From the NCBI GenBank assembly GCA_963668355.1, contig OY764265.1, positions 2,656,001-2,720,000 on the forward strand: a DNA stretch of 64,000 nt, written 5' to 3'. A program made the translations under genes and the position numbers. This stretch comes from Bdellovibrionota bacterium (lineage in GTDB: Bacteria > Bdellovibrionota_G > JALEGL01 > DATDPG01). Shown here piece after piece: positions 19,149 through 29,534 of the stretch; position 1 is the first letter of the stretch, and each line of letters opens with the position of its first letter. Under the pieces are notes generated by a model. That model was not told where the DNA came from, did not search any database, and saw nothing but the letters and a program-made list of their open reading frames with translations.

Positions 19149-20429
19149 GTGGAAAAAGCTGGGGATATTTTTGGGAGCTTTTTTAGGCGAAGTGGGCTCA
19201 CCCTACTTTGCTTGGGACTCGTTTTTCTTTTGTATGGTTCCTCCCCCGCCCAAATCAAAACCAATTTAAAAGGATCCAAAAAAGTGGAATTCCTTCTGGA
19301 TAAGTTGGAATTCTCTCCCAGTTATAAAGTTCGAATCGCTGCCGCCAATGAGCTGGGTCGGGTGGCCAACGGAACCCTTGCCGATTGGATGCTTCGAGCT
19401 TTTCGAAAAGAAAAGAACCCAGCCGTTCGCCTCTCCATCCTCTATGCCGTAGGACAAATTCCGGACCACTTGGTCCTGCCCCCCTTACTGGAGCTCCTTC
19501 AACAAGAACTTTTGGAAGAAAAAGAAATCGTGGCAGCAGAACAAGTCATTTGGAATCTCCGCAGGGCCGTGGACATTACGGAGTGGACCAAAGCACTTTT
19601 GGACAGCATGTCTCGACAGGAACGGGCCCTTGCGGCCTATCTCATGGGCTTGGTCGGAGGAAGAACCGTTTACCCAGCATTGGTGGAGGCTTTAAACGAC
19701 ACATCGGCCTATGTTCGAACCCGAGCCGTTCAAAGTCTGGGTCGAATTGGTGTAAAAAACGGCGCGGAAAAATGTCGTTTCTTGGCTCACAAAGATCCCG
19801 ATCGAACGGTGAGAAAAGCAGCTCGAACTTGCGTCGGAGAACTAAAACTCCGAAACAAAAAAACACGACTGAAGAACAGCCGAAAAATTCGTTTGGTAAA
19901 AGATCTCCGCGGATTGAAACGAAACGCCATGACACCTTCCGAAATGCGCCACTACTGGGAACATAACGTCAACCCACGAGAGTTGGAGGAAGCCGTAAGC
20001 TTTCTACGCAAAGGACATATCGAGCAAAGACAAGACAAGTCCATCACCCTTGCTCACCACAAACAACTGAGAAAAACGATCCAATACGACGCAAATCTCG
20101 TGACCCACTATCATTTTCGCAAGGCCGACCTTTCCAAACTCAAAGACGTCGTTCACGAGAATGTCGGGTATGTGAACCGATGTTACATTCAAGAAGTTAA
20201 GAAAAACCGAAAACTGGGAGGAACCGTTCGAATGCGTTTCCTCATCTTAAAAAATGGAACCGTTTCAACCGTTCAAGTGGTGGGAGGATCCCTAAAACAT
20301 CGAAAGGTGCACTCCTGCATTCAAAAGGAGATTCAAAAATTTAAATTTCCAGCCATCCCTCTTTCCTATGTGACCATGAATTACACGTTTTCATTCACGC
20401 CACCCAAAGATCGAACGTACAAATTTTAA
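19149..20429 (+). CDS. HEAT-repeat protein with C-terminal AgmX/PglI (TonB-C-like) domain
   Basis: N-terminal hydrophobic segment; VRIAAANELG, VRLSILYAVG, VRTRAVQSLG repeats; RCY...L.GTVRMRFLI...G.V...C...KFP...YTFSF C-terminus. Confidence 0.72.
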   Translation: MEKAGDIFGSFFRRSGLTLLCLGLVFLLYGSSPAQIKTNLKGSKKVEFLLDKLEFSPSYKVRIAAANELGRVANGTLADWMLRAFRKEKNPAVRLSILYAVGQIPDHLVLPPLLELLQQELLEEKEIVAAEQVIWNLRRAVDITEWTKALLDSMSRQERALAAYLMGLVGGRTVYPALVEALNDTSAYVRTRAVQSLGRIGVKNGAEKCRFLAHKDPDRTVRKAARTCVGELKLRNKKTRLKNSRKIRLVKDLRGLKRNAMTPSEMRHYWEHNVNPRELEEAVSFLRKGHIEQRQDKSITLAHHKQLRKTIQYDANLVTHYHFRKADLSKLKDVVHENVGYVNRCYIQEVKKNRKLGGTVRMRFLILKNGTVSTVQVVGGSLKHRKVHSCIQKEIQKFKFPAIPLSYVTMNYTFSFTPPKDRTYKF

Positions 20430-20971
20430 ATGGATTGTTTTAGTTTTTGAATTTCAGCCTTGATTTCTTCGGAGCCATTTTCCTTGGCCAGAGATTCCAG
20501 TCGGTCCAGGCTGGCTTGGGCTGCGGTTCTTTTTTCTTCCAAGACCTCCAACATATGCCCCAAGGATCCGAAAAACCCTTTAAACTCATCTTTGCTTCGT
20601 ACTTTTTGCAAAGAACGCACCTCTCCAGTTTCCGCAATTTCTTCCAACGTGCGACTGACTCGAAACATGGGCCCTGCAATTCGATGCGTAATCAAAATGC
20701 CTAAAACAAACAGACTTCCTACTTGAAGAAGAAAGAATCCTGCCAAGATGTATAACGTTCCTCGATCATAGTCAGCCACCATGGCCGAAATTTCCGAAGA
20801 TTGGATTTGGAGAATTTCCGTATTGGTCACATTCATCTGGTAAAGCTTGTAACCCAATATGGCGAAAATGATGGAAGAGACAAACACAACCAGCATCGTA
20901 TATTTGATCTGAAAGTGTCCATCGACCAAATATCGACGATGTTTGAAATTCGATTTTTTTCGATCACTCAT
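20426..20971 (-). CDS. Two-TM membrane protein with HAMP-like segment
   Basis: RRYLVD..FQ.KY N-terminus, two TMs, THRIAGP, R..DEF, coiled-coil tail. Confidence 0.7.
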   Translation of the reverse strand: MSDRKKSNFKHRRYLVDGHFQIKYTMLVVFVSSIIFAILGYKLYQMNVTNTEILQIQSSEISAMVADYDRGTLYILAGFFLLQVGSLFVLGILITHRIAGPMFRVSRTLEEIAETGEVRSLQKVRSKDEFKGFFGSLGHMLEVLEEKRTAAQASLDRLESLAKENGSEEIKAEIQKLKQSI

Positions 20972-20973
20972 GA

Positions 20974-22302
20974 TTAAGGCCCAAAGGTTTCAGTTACACC
21001 TGCACTGGCCTGCATTATAGGCCTTGGTGAAAAATATTCGAGAAACACGTCTCGGGCCAAATCGGAGGGTTTAATTCTCCAGTACTTTTCGCTCACTAAA
21101 ACCACACCAATGGCAATCTTCTGATTTCGTGAGTTGCGTGCATATCCCACAAACCACTCGGTCCGGCCTCTGGGGTTTCTTCCGGAGAGGGATCCCGTTT
21201 TTCCCCCAATTTGAAGTTCCCTCAAAACCTTTCTCCGCTTCATATTTCGAAAGGACTTTCGCGATGTCCCAACGGTGATGGTTTGGGCCATCATATGTCG
21301 AAGTTTTCGCGCCGTAACCGGTGTCATGGCTTCTTTCCAAACCTTAGGTTCCACCGCGTATTTCAATGCCCCCTTTTGATCGACCGCACGGCTAACCAAA
21401 TAGGGTTCCATGATTCGTCCCTCATTCACGGCTGCCCCAGCGAGCAAGGCTCCGTGCAATGGACTCAGACGAACCTTACCGAAACCTGCAGCGGCCCGCG
21501 CGGCTTGATATCGGCTATCCAAATCGATTCGGGCCAAGCTCGGAGCGACCTTCAGACCGAAAGGAATCTCATCGTTGAAACCAAATCGACTCGCGTAATC
21601 CAGCAACACCTCGGAACCCATTTGTGGATTGGCTCCGATTTTGCCAAATACAACATTGGCCGATTTCGCAAACGCCCTTCCCAAGGACAGACGATTCCGC
21701 CCTCCATGTCTCAAAACCTGTCGGGATCGAATTCCGTACATATCTCCATTGAACCGAATGGTAGAATTGGGAAGAAGAATGCCTCGTTCCATGGCTGCGG
21801 TTGCGCTAACCATTTTGAACACCGAAGCCGCCGGAAAGGTTGCTCGAAGAGCCAAATCAGACAATTCAGGATCTTTTGTAGAGTAAGAAGCCAACGCCAA
21901 AACACTCCCTGTGGTCGGTTCGACGACCGCAACCCCACCCCAATCCACTTTATGACGAGAAAGCTTCTTCATCAAATAGCGTTGAAGAGCGGTATCGAAG
22001 GTTAACTCGATCGCCAGATCCCCATCTTCCGTCGCGACGCGAACTTCCTCCGGTCCTCTTAATAAGTGATCGGTTTTCAACAGGTCTTGAAAGAAAGGCT
22101 TCCCGATTTCGTCCGTCTTCTTCTCCGCCGCAGAAGAAACTTGTTTCGGAACTTTGGCGTTTACCTGGGAGGTTCTTGAAAAGACAACAACCCCCAAGAA
22201 AAAAATGCAGACCAGCACACCAATGGCTACAACAAAGCCTTTCCGGTCCCCTTTCTTTCTCGATCGCCGGGGAAGATTATTCTGATAGTCTCTCCAACTC
22301 AC
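20974..22302 (-). CDS. Penicillin-binding transpeptidase-domain protein
   Basis: TM anchor; SVFK (SxxK), SAN (SxN), KTG motifs; short N-terminal region. Confidence 0.88.
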   Translation of the reverse strand: MSWRDYQNNLPRRSRKKGDRKGFVVAIGVLVCIFFLGVVVFSRTSQVNAKVPKQVSSAAEKKTDEIGKPFFQDLLKTDHLLRGPEEVRVATEDGDLAIELTFDTALQRYLMKKLSRHKVDWGGVAVVEPTTGSVLALASYSTKDPELSDLALRATFPAASVFKMVSATAAMERGILLPNSTIRFNGDMYGIRSRQVLRHGGRNRLSLGRAFAKSANVVFGKIGANPQMGSEVLLDYASRFGFNDEIPFGLKVAPSLARIDLDSRYQAARAAAGFGKVRLSPLHGALLAGAAVNEGRIMEPYLVSRAVDQKGALKYAVEPKVWKEAMTPVTARKLRHMMAQTITVGTSRKSFRNMKRRKVLRELQIGGKTGSLSGRNPRGRTEWFVGYARNSRNQKIAIGVVLVSEKYWRIKPSDLARDVFLEYFSPRPIMQASAGVTETFGP

Positions 22303-22333
22303 AACGGTTTTATGATAAAAAATCCTATCATAT

Positions 22334-22573
22334 ATGCAACTTATCCTCTACCACTTCGAGTATTGCCCTTATTGTGTGGACGTAAGACATGCAATTAACC
22401 GATTAAATGTCCCAAATGTGGAAACCCGAGACATCTTGGAAAATCCCACGTACAAACAAGAACTCATTGCTTTGAATGGCCACCGACAAGTCCCTTGTTT
22501 GCTGATCGACGGAAAACCCATGCTGGAAAGCCGTGACATCATCGCCTTTTTGGAAAGACACTACGGTCCATGA
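22334..22573 (+). CDS. Glutaredoxin
   Basis: CPYC, QVPCL, ES.DII motifs; 79 aa. Confidence 0.88.
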   Translation: MQLILYHFEYCPYCVDVRHAINRLNVPNVETRDILENPTYKQELIALNGHRQVPCLLIDGKPMLESRDIIAFLERHYGP

Positions 22574-24321
22574 GCACGACCCCTCGAAGAATTTTGTTGT
22601 CTCTCACGGTCGGTTTGACGCTGGCCCTGATGATATCCTGGGTCGATCTTCCCCTTCGAGGATCCATCTATCAAATGATGATCCGCTTAAGAGGTCCCAT
22701 CCAACCCGCCAAGAACATCGCTTTGTTGATCACGGCGGATCAGAATTCGGCGAAGGAAGTTTCTCTCCACACACGAACGTGGTTATCCGACGTTCGAACC
22801 GTTCTCCACGCCCTTCAATCCAAGCCACCTAACGTGGTCTATTTCGATTTTGAAATTTCTCCGGATGAAAAACGGTTTTTAGGTCTAAAAGATTTAAATT
22901 TCCCGACCTACTCTCGGGAACTGGATTTTACAAAAGAAGGAGATGTCTTTCTTCTTCCCTTCGTTCGGTCTCCTGAATTTCTCCCCCAAAAAAACGCCTC
23001 GCAGTCCATGTCCCCGGATCCATTTATGTTGGGCACCGAACCTAGCCAACTCCTGCGCTCCATCGCCCCCCAAGAGTTGACCTACCTTCTAAATCACGGA
23101 CCACAGGTTCTCAATATCACGGGTCCCTCGGGCACCTACCCGCGAATCCCTTTATCGGCCACTCAGTCCGACCCAAAAAGACTTCAGCAACTGGCAGACA
23201 AAATTGTATTGATTGCTCCCCCACTCGAAGAAACCCGCTCTCGCTTGGGACAACTTCCTTTCTATCCAAAAACAGGAATCGCGGGTTGGGATGAAACGGA
23301 AGTGGTGGCAAATATCATTGATACCGTAATTCACAAACGAGGCATTCGACAGGCTCCTGAAGAGGTTTCCTTCTTGATTACCGCTCTGGTTGCGGCGAGT
23401 TCGGTGTGGGTTTTATTTTCGACACCGCCTCTCATGGGCATTCTCTCGGTCGTCCTCATTTCTTTCCTTTTGGTAGTTACTGCCTTGTTGGCCATTCACA
23501 TGTTCTTTTTCTTGGACATTCTTCCCCCGTTCTTGGCCATTGTTTTTGCCTACTACTTCCTGATCCCTTACCGGCTAATTGTTGAATACAAGGGACGATG
23601 GCGTTACCAACAAGAAAATCGCCTATTGGCCGAGGTTGAAACGCTAAAGAACAATTTCATGTCCCTCGTTACCCATAATTTAAAAACGCCCATAGCTCGA
23701 ATCGAGGGAATAGTGGAAACACTTTTGGCATCCAAAGGATCTACCGAGGAGGAATGGAAAAATGGCCTTTCAAGGCTTCTCCATTCGACAGAAGACTTGA
23801 ACCGACTGGTGACGCGCATTCTCAACCTCGCTCGGGTGGAGCGACCTGAATATCAATTGCAAGTCACGAATCGGGATTTGAACCAAATCGTAGAAAAGGT
23901 CATTGAAAACCACGAGCCTTTGGCACAGGAAAAGGACATCACCCTTCACGTGGATTTGGAACCTCTTTTCCCCATCAACATGGAACCCGAGCTCATTCAA
24001 GAGTCCATTGCCAATTTGGTGGAGAATGGCATCAAATACACGCCGACCGGTGGAGAGGTTCTGATTAAAACCGAGGAAGTGGGAGAACACATTCACTTCA
24101 GTGTTTCCGATACGGGCCCAGGAATTCCGGAAGAAGAAGAATCAAAGATCTTTTCCAAGTTTTATCGTGGGGCCGAAGTCAAAAACAAAGGCATTCGGGG
24201 AAGCGGCTTGGGACTATACCTTGTGAAATATTTCATTGAACTTCATGGCGGCTCCATTCAATTTGAAAACCGGCCTGAAGGCGGAAGCCGTTTCACCTTG
24301 AGCCTTCTTCGAAAGAAATGA
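22570..24321 (+). CDS. CHASE2-like sensor histidine kinase
   Basis: TM, extracellular domain ending DKIVLI...ANIIDT, three TMs, H-box THNLKTP, N-box NLVENGIKY, DTGPGI, GSGLGL. Confidence 0.88.
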   Translation: MSTTPRRILLSLTVGLTLALMISWVDLPLRGSIYQMMIRLRGPIQPAKNIALLITADQNSAKEVSLHTRTWLSDVRTVLHALQSKPPNVVYFDFEISPDEKRFLGLKDLNFPTYSRELDFTKEGDVFLLPFVRSPEFLPQKNASQSMSPDPFMLGTEPSQLLRSIAPQELTYLLNHGPQVLNITGPSGTYPRIPLSATQSDPKRLQQLADKIVLIAPPLEETRSRLGQLPFYPKTGIAGWDETEVVANIIDTVIHKRGIRQAPEEVSFLITALVAASSVWVLFSTPPLMGILSVVLISFLLVVTALLAIHMFFFLDILPPFLAIVFAYYFLIPYRLIVEYKGRWRYQQENRLLAEVETLKNNFMSLVTHNLKTPIARIEGIVETLLASKGSTEEEWKNGLSRLLHSTEDLNRLVTRILNLARVERPEYQLQVTNRDLNQIVEKVIENHEPLAQEKDITLHVDLEPLFPINMEPELIQESIANLVENGIKYTPTGGEVLIKTEEVGEHIHFSVSDTGPGIPEEEESKIFSKFYRGAEVKNKGIRGSGLGLYLVKYFIELHGGSIQFENRPEGGSRFTLSLLRKK

Positions 24322-24322
24322 T

Positions 24323-24925
24323 TCACTTCTGAAATTCGCGTCCCACAAAAAATATTTCCCGGCTTTCTTTTCGTGACGCACTCGGTTTTTGAATTTTGGC
24401 CATCAAAAAATGATCTTTTAACTTCTTTAAAAACCCATGTGTTTCCCCACCTTGGTACATCTTGCAAACGAAATGTCCCCCTCCGGGCAACAACTGTATC
24501 GCCAATTCCAAAGCAAATTCACAAATGGCCACCGATTTCAAGTGATCTGTGTCCCGACTCCCCGTTGTTTGCGGGGCAGCATCACTCACAACCACATGGA
24601 ACGAAGACACGTACCCCTTCAAAATTTCGGGCGTTAGCGCAAACAAATCTTGCTGGAAAAACAGAACTTCCTTTGGAGGATCTTCCCTCAACGGCTCCAA
24701 ATCCACACCGACCACTTTCCCGGATTTTCCAACCCTTTGAGAGAGATATTTGAGCCAAGAGCCCGGAGCTGCCCCCAGGTCTAAAACATGATCGCCTTTC
24801 CGGATCAGGTGGTATTTCCGATCTAACTCTTCGAGCTTGAATACCGAACGAGCCGCAAACCCATCCTTTTTGGCTTTATGATAAAAATGATCCGGATTCT
24901 TCTTCACCAATTGTATCCAATCCAA
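24323..24925 (-). CDS. rlmE: 23S rRNA Um2552 methyltransferase RlmE/FtsJ
   Basis: ARSVFKL, DLGAAPGSW, VVSDAAP, KPSASRKESRE. Confidence 0.93.
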   Translation of the reverse strand: MDWIQLVKKNPDHFYHKAKKDGFAARSVFKLEELDRKYHLIRKGDHVLDLGAAPGSWLKYLSQRVGKSGKVVGVDLEPLREDPPKEVLFFQQDLFALTPEILKGYVSSFHVVVSDAAPQTTGSRDTDHLKSVAICEFALELAIQLLPGGGHFVCKMYQGGETHGFLKKLKDHFLMAKIQKPSASRKESREIFFVGREFQK

Positions 24926-27900
24926 AAGTCGATTCCATCTTCCCCTGCAAAACCTTGATTCCAGCGAAAGGTCAGACCCAATACTGTGGGCACATTCACA
25001 AAGTATCCCACAGAATATTTTACATCATGTTTTTCGCCATTAAACCAAGCCGCACCTACATCCGTGTAAATTCCACCCCGAACATCAAAATAACGGGTGA
25101 GCCAACCCAAAAATTGGTCTAAAGGATCAAAAAACTTGGCTCCCACAAAATCAAAAAGGGGCAATCGAAGGTCCTCACTGAACACCCAGTAATTCTGTCC
25201 CTCCATCTCATCGAATCCGACTCCTCGGAAAGACAAATTCCCGCCAATGAGAAAAACATTCGCCAAATCTCCCTGGCTCGTTCCAGCGACAATCCGATGT
25301 GCAAGACCAAAGCGAGGAAGAAATCGGTTATATAAACGAAAGTCGAGATTGGCGTCGACATTGGCTAAGCGAGAATTTCCCGCATCGAACCCAGCCTCCG
25401 TTCTCAAAAATATGCGACTTCCGGTTGTGGGACCATGTCGATCCCAAACCGTCACATCATACGCATAAACCGCTCCCGTTTTTACGATATAAAAATTCCG
25501 ATCTTCAATTTCGGGGGTTACATAGTTCTGCGTTTCAGTTGTCTGTTTCCCATAAAACTGTGTCTCAAAATCCCCATACGTGCTCAATTCTCGATATCGA
25601 TCCAAAACAAATTGTTTTGTGAAGCGGGCTCCAACGTTATCAATATTCTCACGTGAATTATAAAACACTGAATACGTATTCCCCGTCGTCAAATTGGAAA
25701 ACCCCGCATTCGCAAATTTGGCATCTCCGAGAAACATGCTATTCACAAAAAACCCACGATCACTGAAAAGGTTGTCCGCAAACCCACTCAAAAAATATCT
25801 AAAATGGTCACCGTCATACGCGGCTGCCGCTGAAAGGGATTGAACCTTATATGTGCTGGGCTGAGGATATCGAAACATCGTGCGCGGAAATCCTTCTTTC
25901 TCAGGACTCCGTGAATTTAATTTTGGAGTTTCCGATGTTGGGAAAGCCTTGATCGTCCCTTTCCCCCCTTTTCTTGGCTCCAGTTGGATCAAATCATACC
26001 CTTTCAATGAGAGAGACGTTACCTGGCTCGATTTTTTTTGTTTCAGACCTTCCTTCCGGAGCACCCATCGATGTTCTTCATTTTTCTCCGACCAGACCAT
26101 TTCTTTCTCGTGAACGATTGGGTACACAGAGTGTTTGGGGGAATTCGTTAGCCAGTTTCGCTTTCCATTTAGAAGATTGATTTCCTGAATTTGAAAAAAG
26201 TCTTTGTTAAACTGGCTCAACAGAAGACGGTCTCCCTGGGGATCAAAGTCAAACCCGGCCGATTCCTCGGCCAAATTACGATTCACACCCTTGGCTTGAT
26301 CAAAAAGCCATACACCGCCTTCCTCATCAAAGAGCCATCCGAACTCCTCTAACTTTCGAACCTGTTTGACCGAATTCATGCGAGCGCGAATTCCATTTTT
26401 CCACTGAAAGGCTTCCTTCTTTGATTGATCTTTCTTTTCTTCTAGAAAGGTTAAATAGCCTCGTCGAAAAACCAGATAGGGAAAACGAAGACCCTCACCC
26501 GAAATATCCTTCATCTCCTGGGTTTCATAATTCCAAATGAAAAGTTTTTCGGGGACGCGCTTTCCTTTTTTGGGTTTCGCACGAATTGCCACCAGAGGGG
26601 ATTCGGAGTCAATTGCGGCTGAATGCAATTCCAACTTTTGGTCATGAGACACCCACAACTTTTGGGGCGTCCCTTCTCCTTTTTGAAATATCTGCGCAAC
26701 TCCTTTATCTTTTTTGGCCGCAAAAAACATGAGCTTTGAAGGAAGCAAATAACGAAACGCTGTGCGCCCCCCAGTCCCTTTTTCAACACCTTCAATCATA
26801 GAAGACTGGGTTTCATCCGTTGAGATCCACCAAAATTCTCCGCTACGCCTCCACGCAATCTGTTTTCGATTAGGTGAGATCCGAAAGGCCCGAACATCTC
26901 GATCTAACGTCTGATGCGTTTTGAAAATTCGATCATACCAGCTCAATTCAAAGGGTCCTCGGGGGCGGTCTCCTTTAGCAAAAAACACTTTACCGTCCGC
27001 CAAAAAGGAAACCCACTGCAAACGGTTCTCATCCAAGTCATCCAAGGGGCCCTTCTCCACCGCGTCCATGGTGTCCCCTTCAGTATCGAATAAAAACATT
27101 TGGAGATCATCCTCGTCCTCAAATTTTTCCGAACGATCCGCCAGACGATTGTTTACAAGAACCAGCACTTGTTTTCGATCATAGCTGGTCCAAGTTTCCA
27201 CCACAGACCTTCCTCCCAAATGGGGATCCATTCGCTTCATCAATTCTTTAGGGGCTCCTTTTCTTGCAATCGTCAAAGCCGAAAGGGATTGGACAGCTCC
27301 ATTTCTCAATCGAAAATAGTGAAAACGGTCATCCACCTGAGCGGAGTTCAACCCGTGTCCTCCCCTTTGCGTTTTAAACACAATTTCATCGGGAAAGTGT
27401 GCCGCTTCGAGCACGCGAAAGGGATCATCTTCGAAGAAAATGGAAGCTTTTCCATTCTCCACTTGAAATGAATTGGTCTCCTCAGACGAATTCATTTCCT
27501 TTGGTTCTTCCTTAACTTCGTTCTCGGAAAGCAAGAGACCGGCACCCTTCAAATCCACGCGAACAGCATTTCCCTCCGGAACCTGTGCCTGGAGTTTTTC
27601 TTTGGGAGATGGATACGTGGCCAACACAATGGAAGGGGCAAATTTTTCGAAATGATTAAACAGAAGAGATTCATCTCCAAACCACTGGGGATGAAGAGCC
27701 CCGACTTTCATCTTCGTTAGGCGTTGAGACTTTTGTTTTTCGAAGTCATATTCGCCCAAGTCGTACGTTCCAGAAGGATCAAAGACATACAATAATTTCT
27801 GACCATTCGGAGAAAAACGCGGAGAGGTTTCTCTCAATTGGTTGGTATGGGTGATTTGAGTTACTTTCCGCGTCCCCAAGTCCAACGTATAAAGATTCCG

Positions 27901-29475
27901 ATCATAGTGAGCGGTAAAGGGCATGGGTTCATCTTCTTGAGAAAAAACCAGGACTTTTCGCGTCGGGGAATAATCCAACCCCGAAATATGCTTTCCTTTG
28001 TTCGTCAGTTTTTCCCTTCCCTGCGTGGTCCAATCGAAACGATAAATATCGGTAAAACCATTCTCTTCCCCAATGAATGCGAGTTCGCTTCCGCCCAGAA
28101 AAACGGGTTCATTCACCGCATCTAGATCATCCCAGCTATACTCTTGAGGTTCTCCCAATTGAAAACAATCTTCCTCTTTATCGAACGAAAACGGCACAAC
28201 GCGAATCACATCTCGACGAGACCTTCGAATGGCGTAAACCAGCTCTTTAGCCCCGATCCAGGCTCCCTTTCGAAATGAGGCCAATGACTCATTTCGAAAC
28301 CGACGATCCGAAACGATTTCCTCTTTCGTGACTTTTCCATCCAATCCCAAGTGGTTTAAATACAACGCATTTCTAGGGCCGGATACGCCTCCAGAAATGA
28401 AAAACCGATCTCGGGCGTGAAGAACTCTTTGCTCTTCCGCAATGGTCTGCGAACGACTCGCCAGATCTTTCTTCCTTTTTAGAAAGCCATACTTTGTTTC
28501 CAAGGAGCCCTGAACCCATGCGTTCAGCTCTTCCAACGTAAGATTGAGGGACTTTTTCAAATTATCTTCAAAGGACATGTGGGTTCCATTCTCATGGAGT
28601 TTCCGAAACCCCTCCTCGCCGTAACGATCCCACATGAGGTTTACAATGTAGTTCCCGATTTTATACATCAGCCAAGTCCCTTGAATGACCCACAGATCAT
28701 CAATCGGGAAAAACAGATCATTCACATAGGCATCCCGTATCGAAATCTCAGCTTGCGCATCCCACTTGATGGAATTCGTCTCAGCCTCTCCTTCAATAAA
28801 CCAGAGGGGAAATCTTCGAGCCCCCTTGGCAATCTGGTACACGTGAACGGCCTCGTGTTTGGCGACATGCTCCAAAGTCTCCATTTCACCTTCGAAAGGA
28901 AAAACCATTCGCCGCCAGGAAAAGATTTCGGTCAAACCTCCCAATCCCTCTGGGACGGGACCATGAACGACATTGGATTGTTCGAAGTCTCGGCGACTTT
29001 GATAAAACAAAATTGGAATTTTTTTGGTGAAACGATTGTGCACCCCAAACACGCGATTGTTTCGTTCGTGATCGCTCTCGATGAATTCAACCACTTTGGG
29101 AAGCATCTCTTCGCCTTCAGGATACGTTAAGAAATTGAAATGTTGGCTTTCAAATCGGTGCCAATCGAATTCCTTAAATTGAGGCTTTTTGGGTCCCCAA
29201 TACGGTAGGGGCATGAACATGGTTCGTTTTTCTCTTCCAGTAATTGGAAAAATAAAGCGAATAAACTGTTCGAGTAAATCCCCGCCCTGCCCGTATACGT
29301 TTTGGTTTCGCAAGGCATCATCTAGGCGAAGTGCGTCCAAGGGAAGTCCTGAAAGACGGTCCCCCAAACTCAGCCGAGAAAGCAATACATCTTGGTTCGA
29401 TTGCGTGGCACCCGCGACACCCGCGGCTGAGCCAACAAGAAAAAGAACAAATATTCCCAGTTTCCACTTACGCAT
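24904..29475 (-). CDS. Large outer-membrane protein: zincin (peptidase MA-like) domain + TolB/PD40 beta-propellers + Omp85-type barrel
   Basis: Signal peptide; HEAVH...PLWFIEGEAE; SPRFSPNG-type repeats; GGNLSFRG loop-6-like motif; C-terminal FWIGYNW beta-signal. Confidence 0.78.
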   Translation of the reverse strand: MRKWKLGIFVLFLVGSAAGVAGATQSNQDVLLSRLSLGDRLSGLPLDALRLDDALRNQNVYGQGGDLLEQFIRFIFPITGREKRTMFMPLPYWGPKKPQFKEFDWHRFESQHFNFLTYPEGEEMLPKVVEFIESDHERNNRVFGVHNRFTKKIPILFYQSRRDFEQSNVVHGPVPEGLGGLTEIFSWRRMVFPFEGEMETLEHVAKHEAVHVYQIAKGARRFPLWFIEGEAETNSIKWDAQAEISIRDAYVNDLFFPIDDLWVIQGTWLMYKIGNYIVNLMWDRYGEEGFRKLHENGTHMSFEDNLKKSLNLTLEELNAWVQGSLETKYGFLKRKKDLASRSQTIAEEQRVLHARDRFFISGGVSGPRNALYLNHLGLDGKVTKEEIVSDRRFRNESLASFRKGAWIGAKELVYAIRRSRRDVIRVVPFSFDKEEDCFQLGEPQEYSWDDLDAVNEPVFLGGSELAFIGEENGFTDIYRFDWTTQGREKLTNKGKHISGLDYSPTRKVLVFSQEDEPMPFTAHYDRNLYTLDLGTRKVTQITHTNQLRETSPRFSPNGQKLLYVFDPSGTYDLGEYDFEKQKSQRLTKMKVGALHPQWFGDESLLFNHFEKFAPSIVLATYPSPKEKLQAQVPEGNAVRVDLKGAGLLLSENEVKEEPKEMNSSEETNSFQVENGKASIFFEDDPFRVLEAAHFPDEIVFKTQRGGHGLNSAQVDDRFHYFRLRNGAVQSLSALTIARKGAPKELMKRMDPHLGGRSVVETWTSYDRKQVLVLVNNRLADRSEKFEDEDDLQMFLFDTEGDTMDAVEKGPLDDLDENRLQWVSFLADGKVFFAKGDRPRGPFELSWYDRIFKTHQTLDRDVRAFRISPNRKQIAWRRSGEFWWISTDETQSSMIEGVEKGTGGRTAFRYLLPSKLMFFAAKKDKGVAQIFQKGEGTPQKLWVSHDQKLELHSAAIDSESPLVAIRAKPKKGKRVPEKLFIWNYETQEMKDISGEGLRFPYLVFRRGYLTFLEEKKDQSKKEAFQWKNGIRARMNSVKQVRKLEEFGWLFDEEGGVWLFDQAKGVNRNLAEESAGFDFDPQGDRLLLSQFNKDFFQIQEINLLNGKRNWLTNSPKHSVYPIVHEKEMVWSEKNEEHRWVLRKEGLKQKKSSQVTSLSLKGYDLIQLEPRKGGKGTIKAFPTSETPKLNSRSPEKEGFPRTMFRYPQPSTYKVQSLSAAAAYDGDHFRYFLSGFADNLFSDRGFFVNSMFLGDAKFANAGFSNLTTGNTYSVFYNSRENIDNVGARFTKQFVLDRYRELSTYGDFETQFYGKQTTETQNYVTPEIEDRNFYIVKTGAVYAYDVTVWDRHGPTTGSRIFLRTEAGFDAGNSRLANVDANLDFRLYNRFLPRFGLAHRIVAGTSQGDLANVFLIGGNLSFRGVGFDEMEGQNYWVFSEDLRLPLFDFVGAKFFDPLDQFLGWLTRYFDVRGGIYTDVGAAWFNGEKHDVKYSVGYFVNVPTVLGLTFRWNQGFAGEDGIDFWIGYNW

Positions 29476-29534
29476 GAAGAAGGGGCCATCTTATCGGAAG
29501 GATAAGATTCCAGCCACCTAAGCCGAAGAAGGCG

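Noticed and set aside
21211..22005. 264-aa plus-strand ORF (and similar at 42837, 46156, 57853)
   Set aside because: Lie opposite well-supported genes; no protein-like features.
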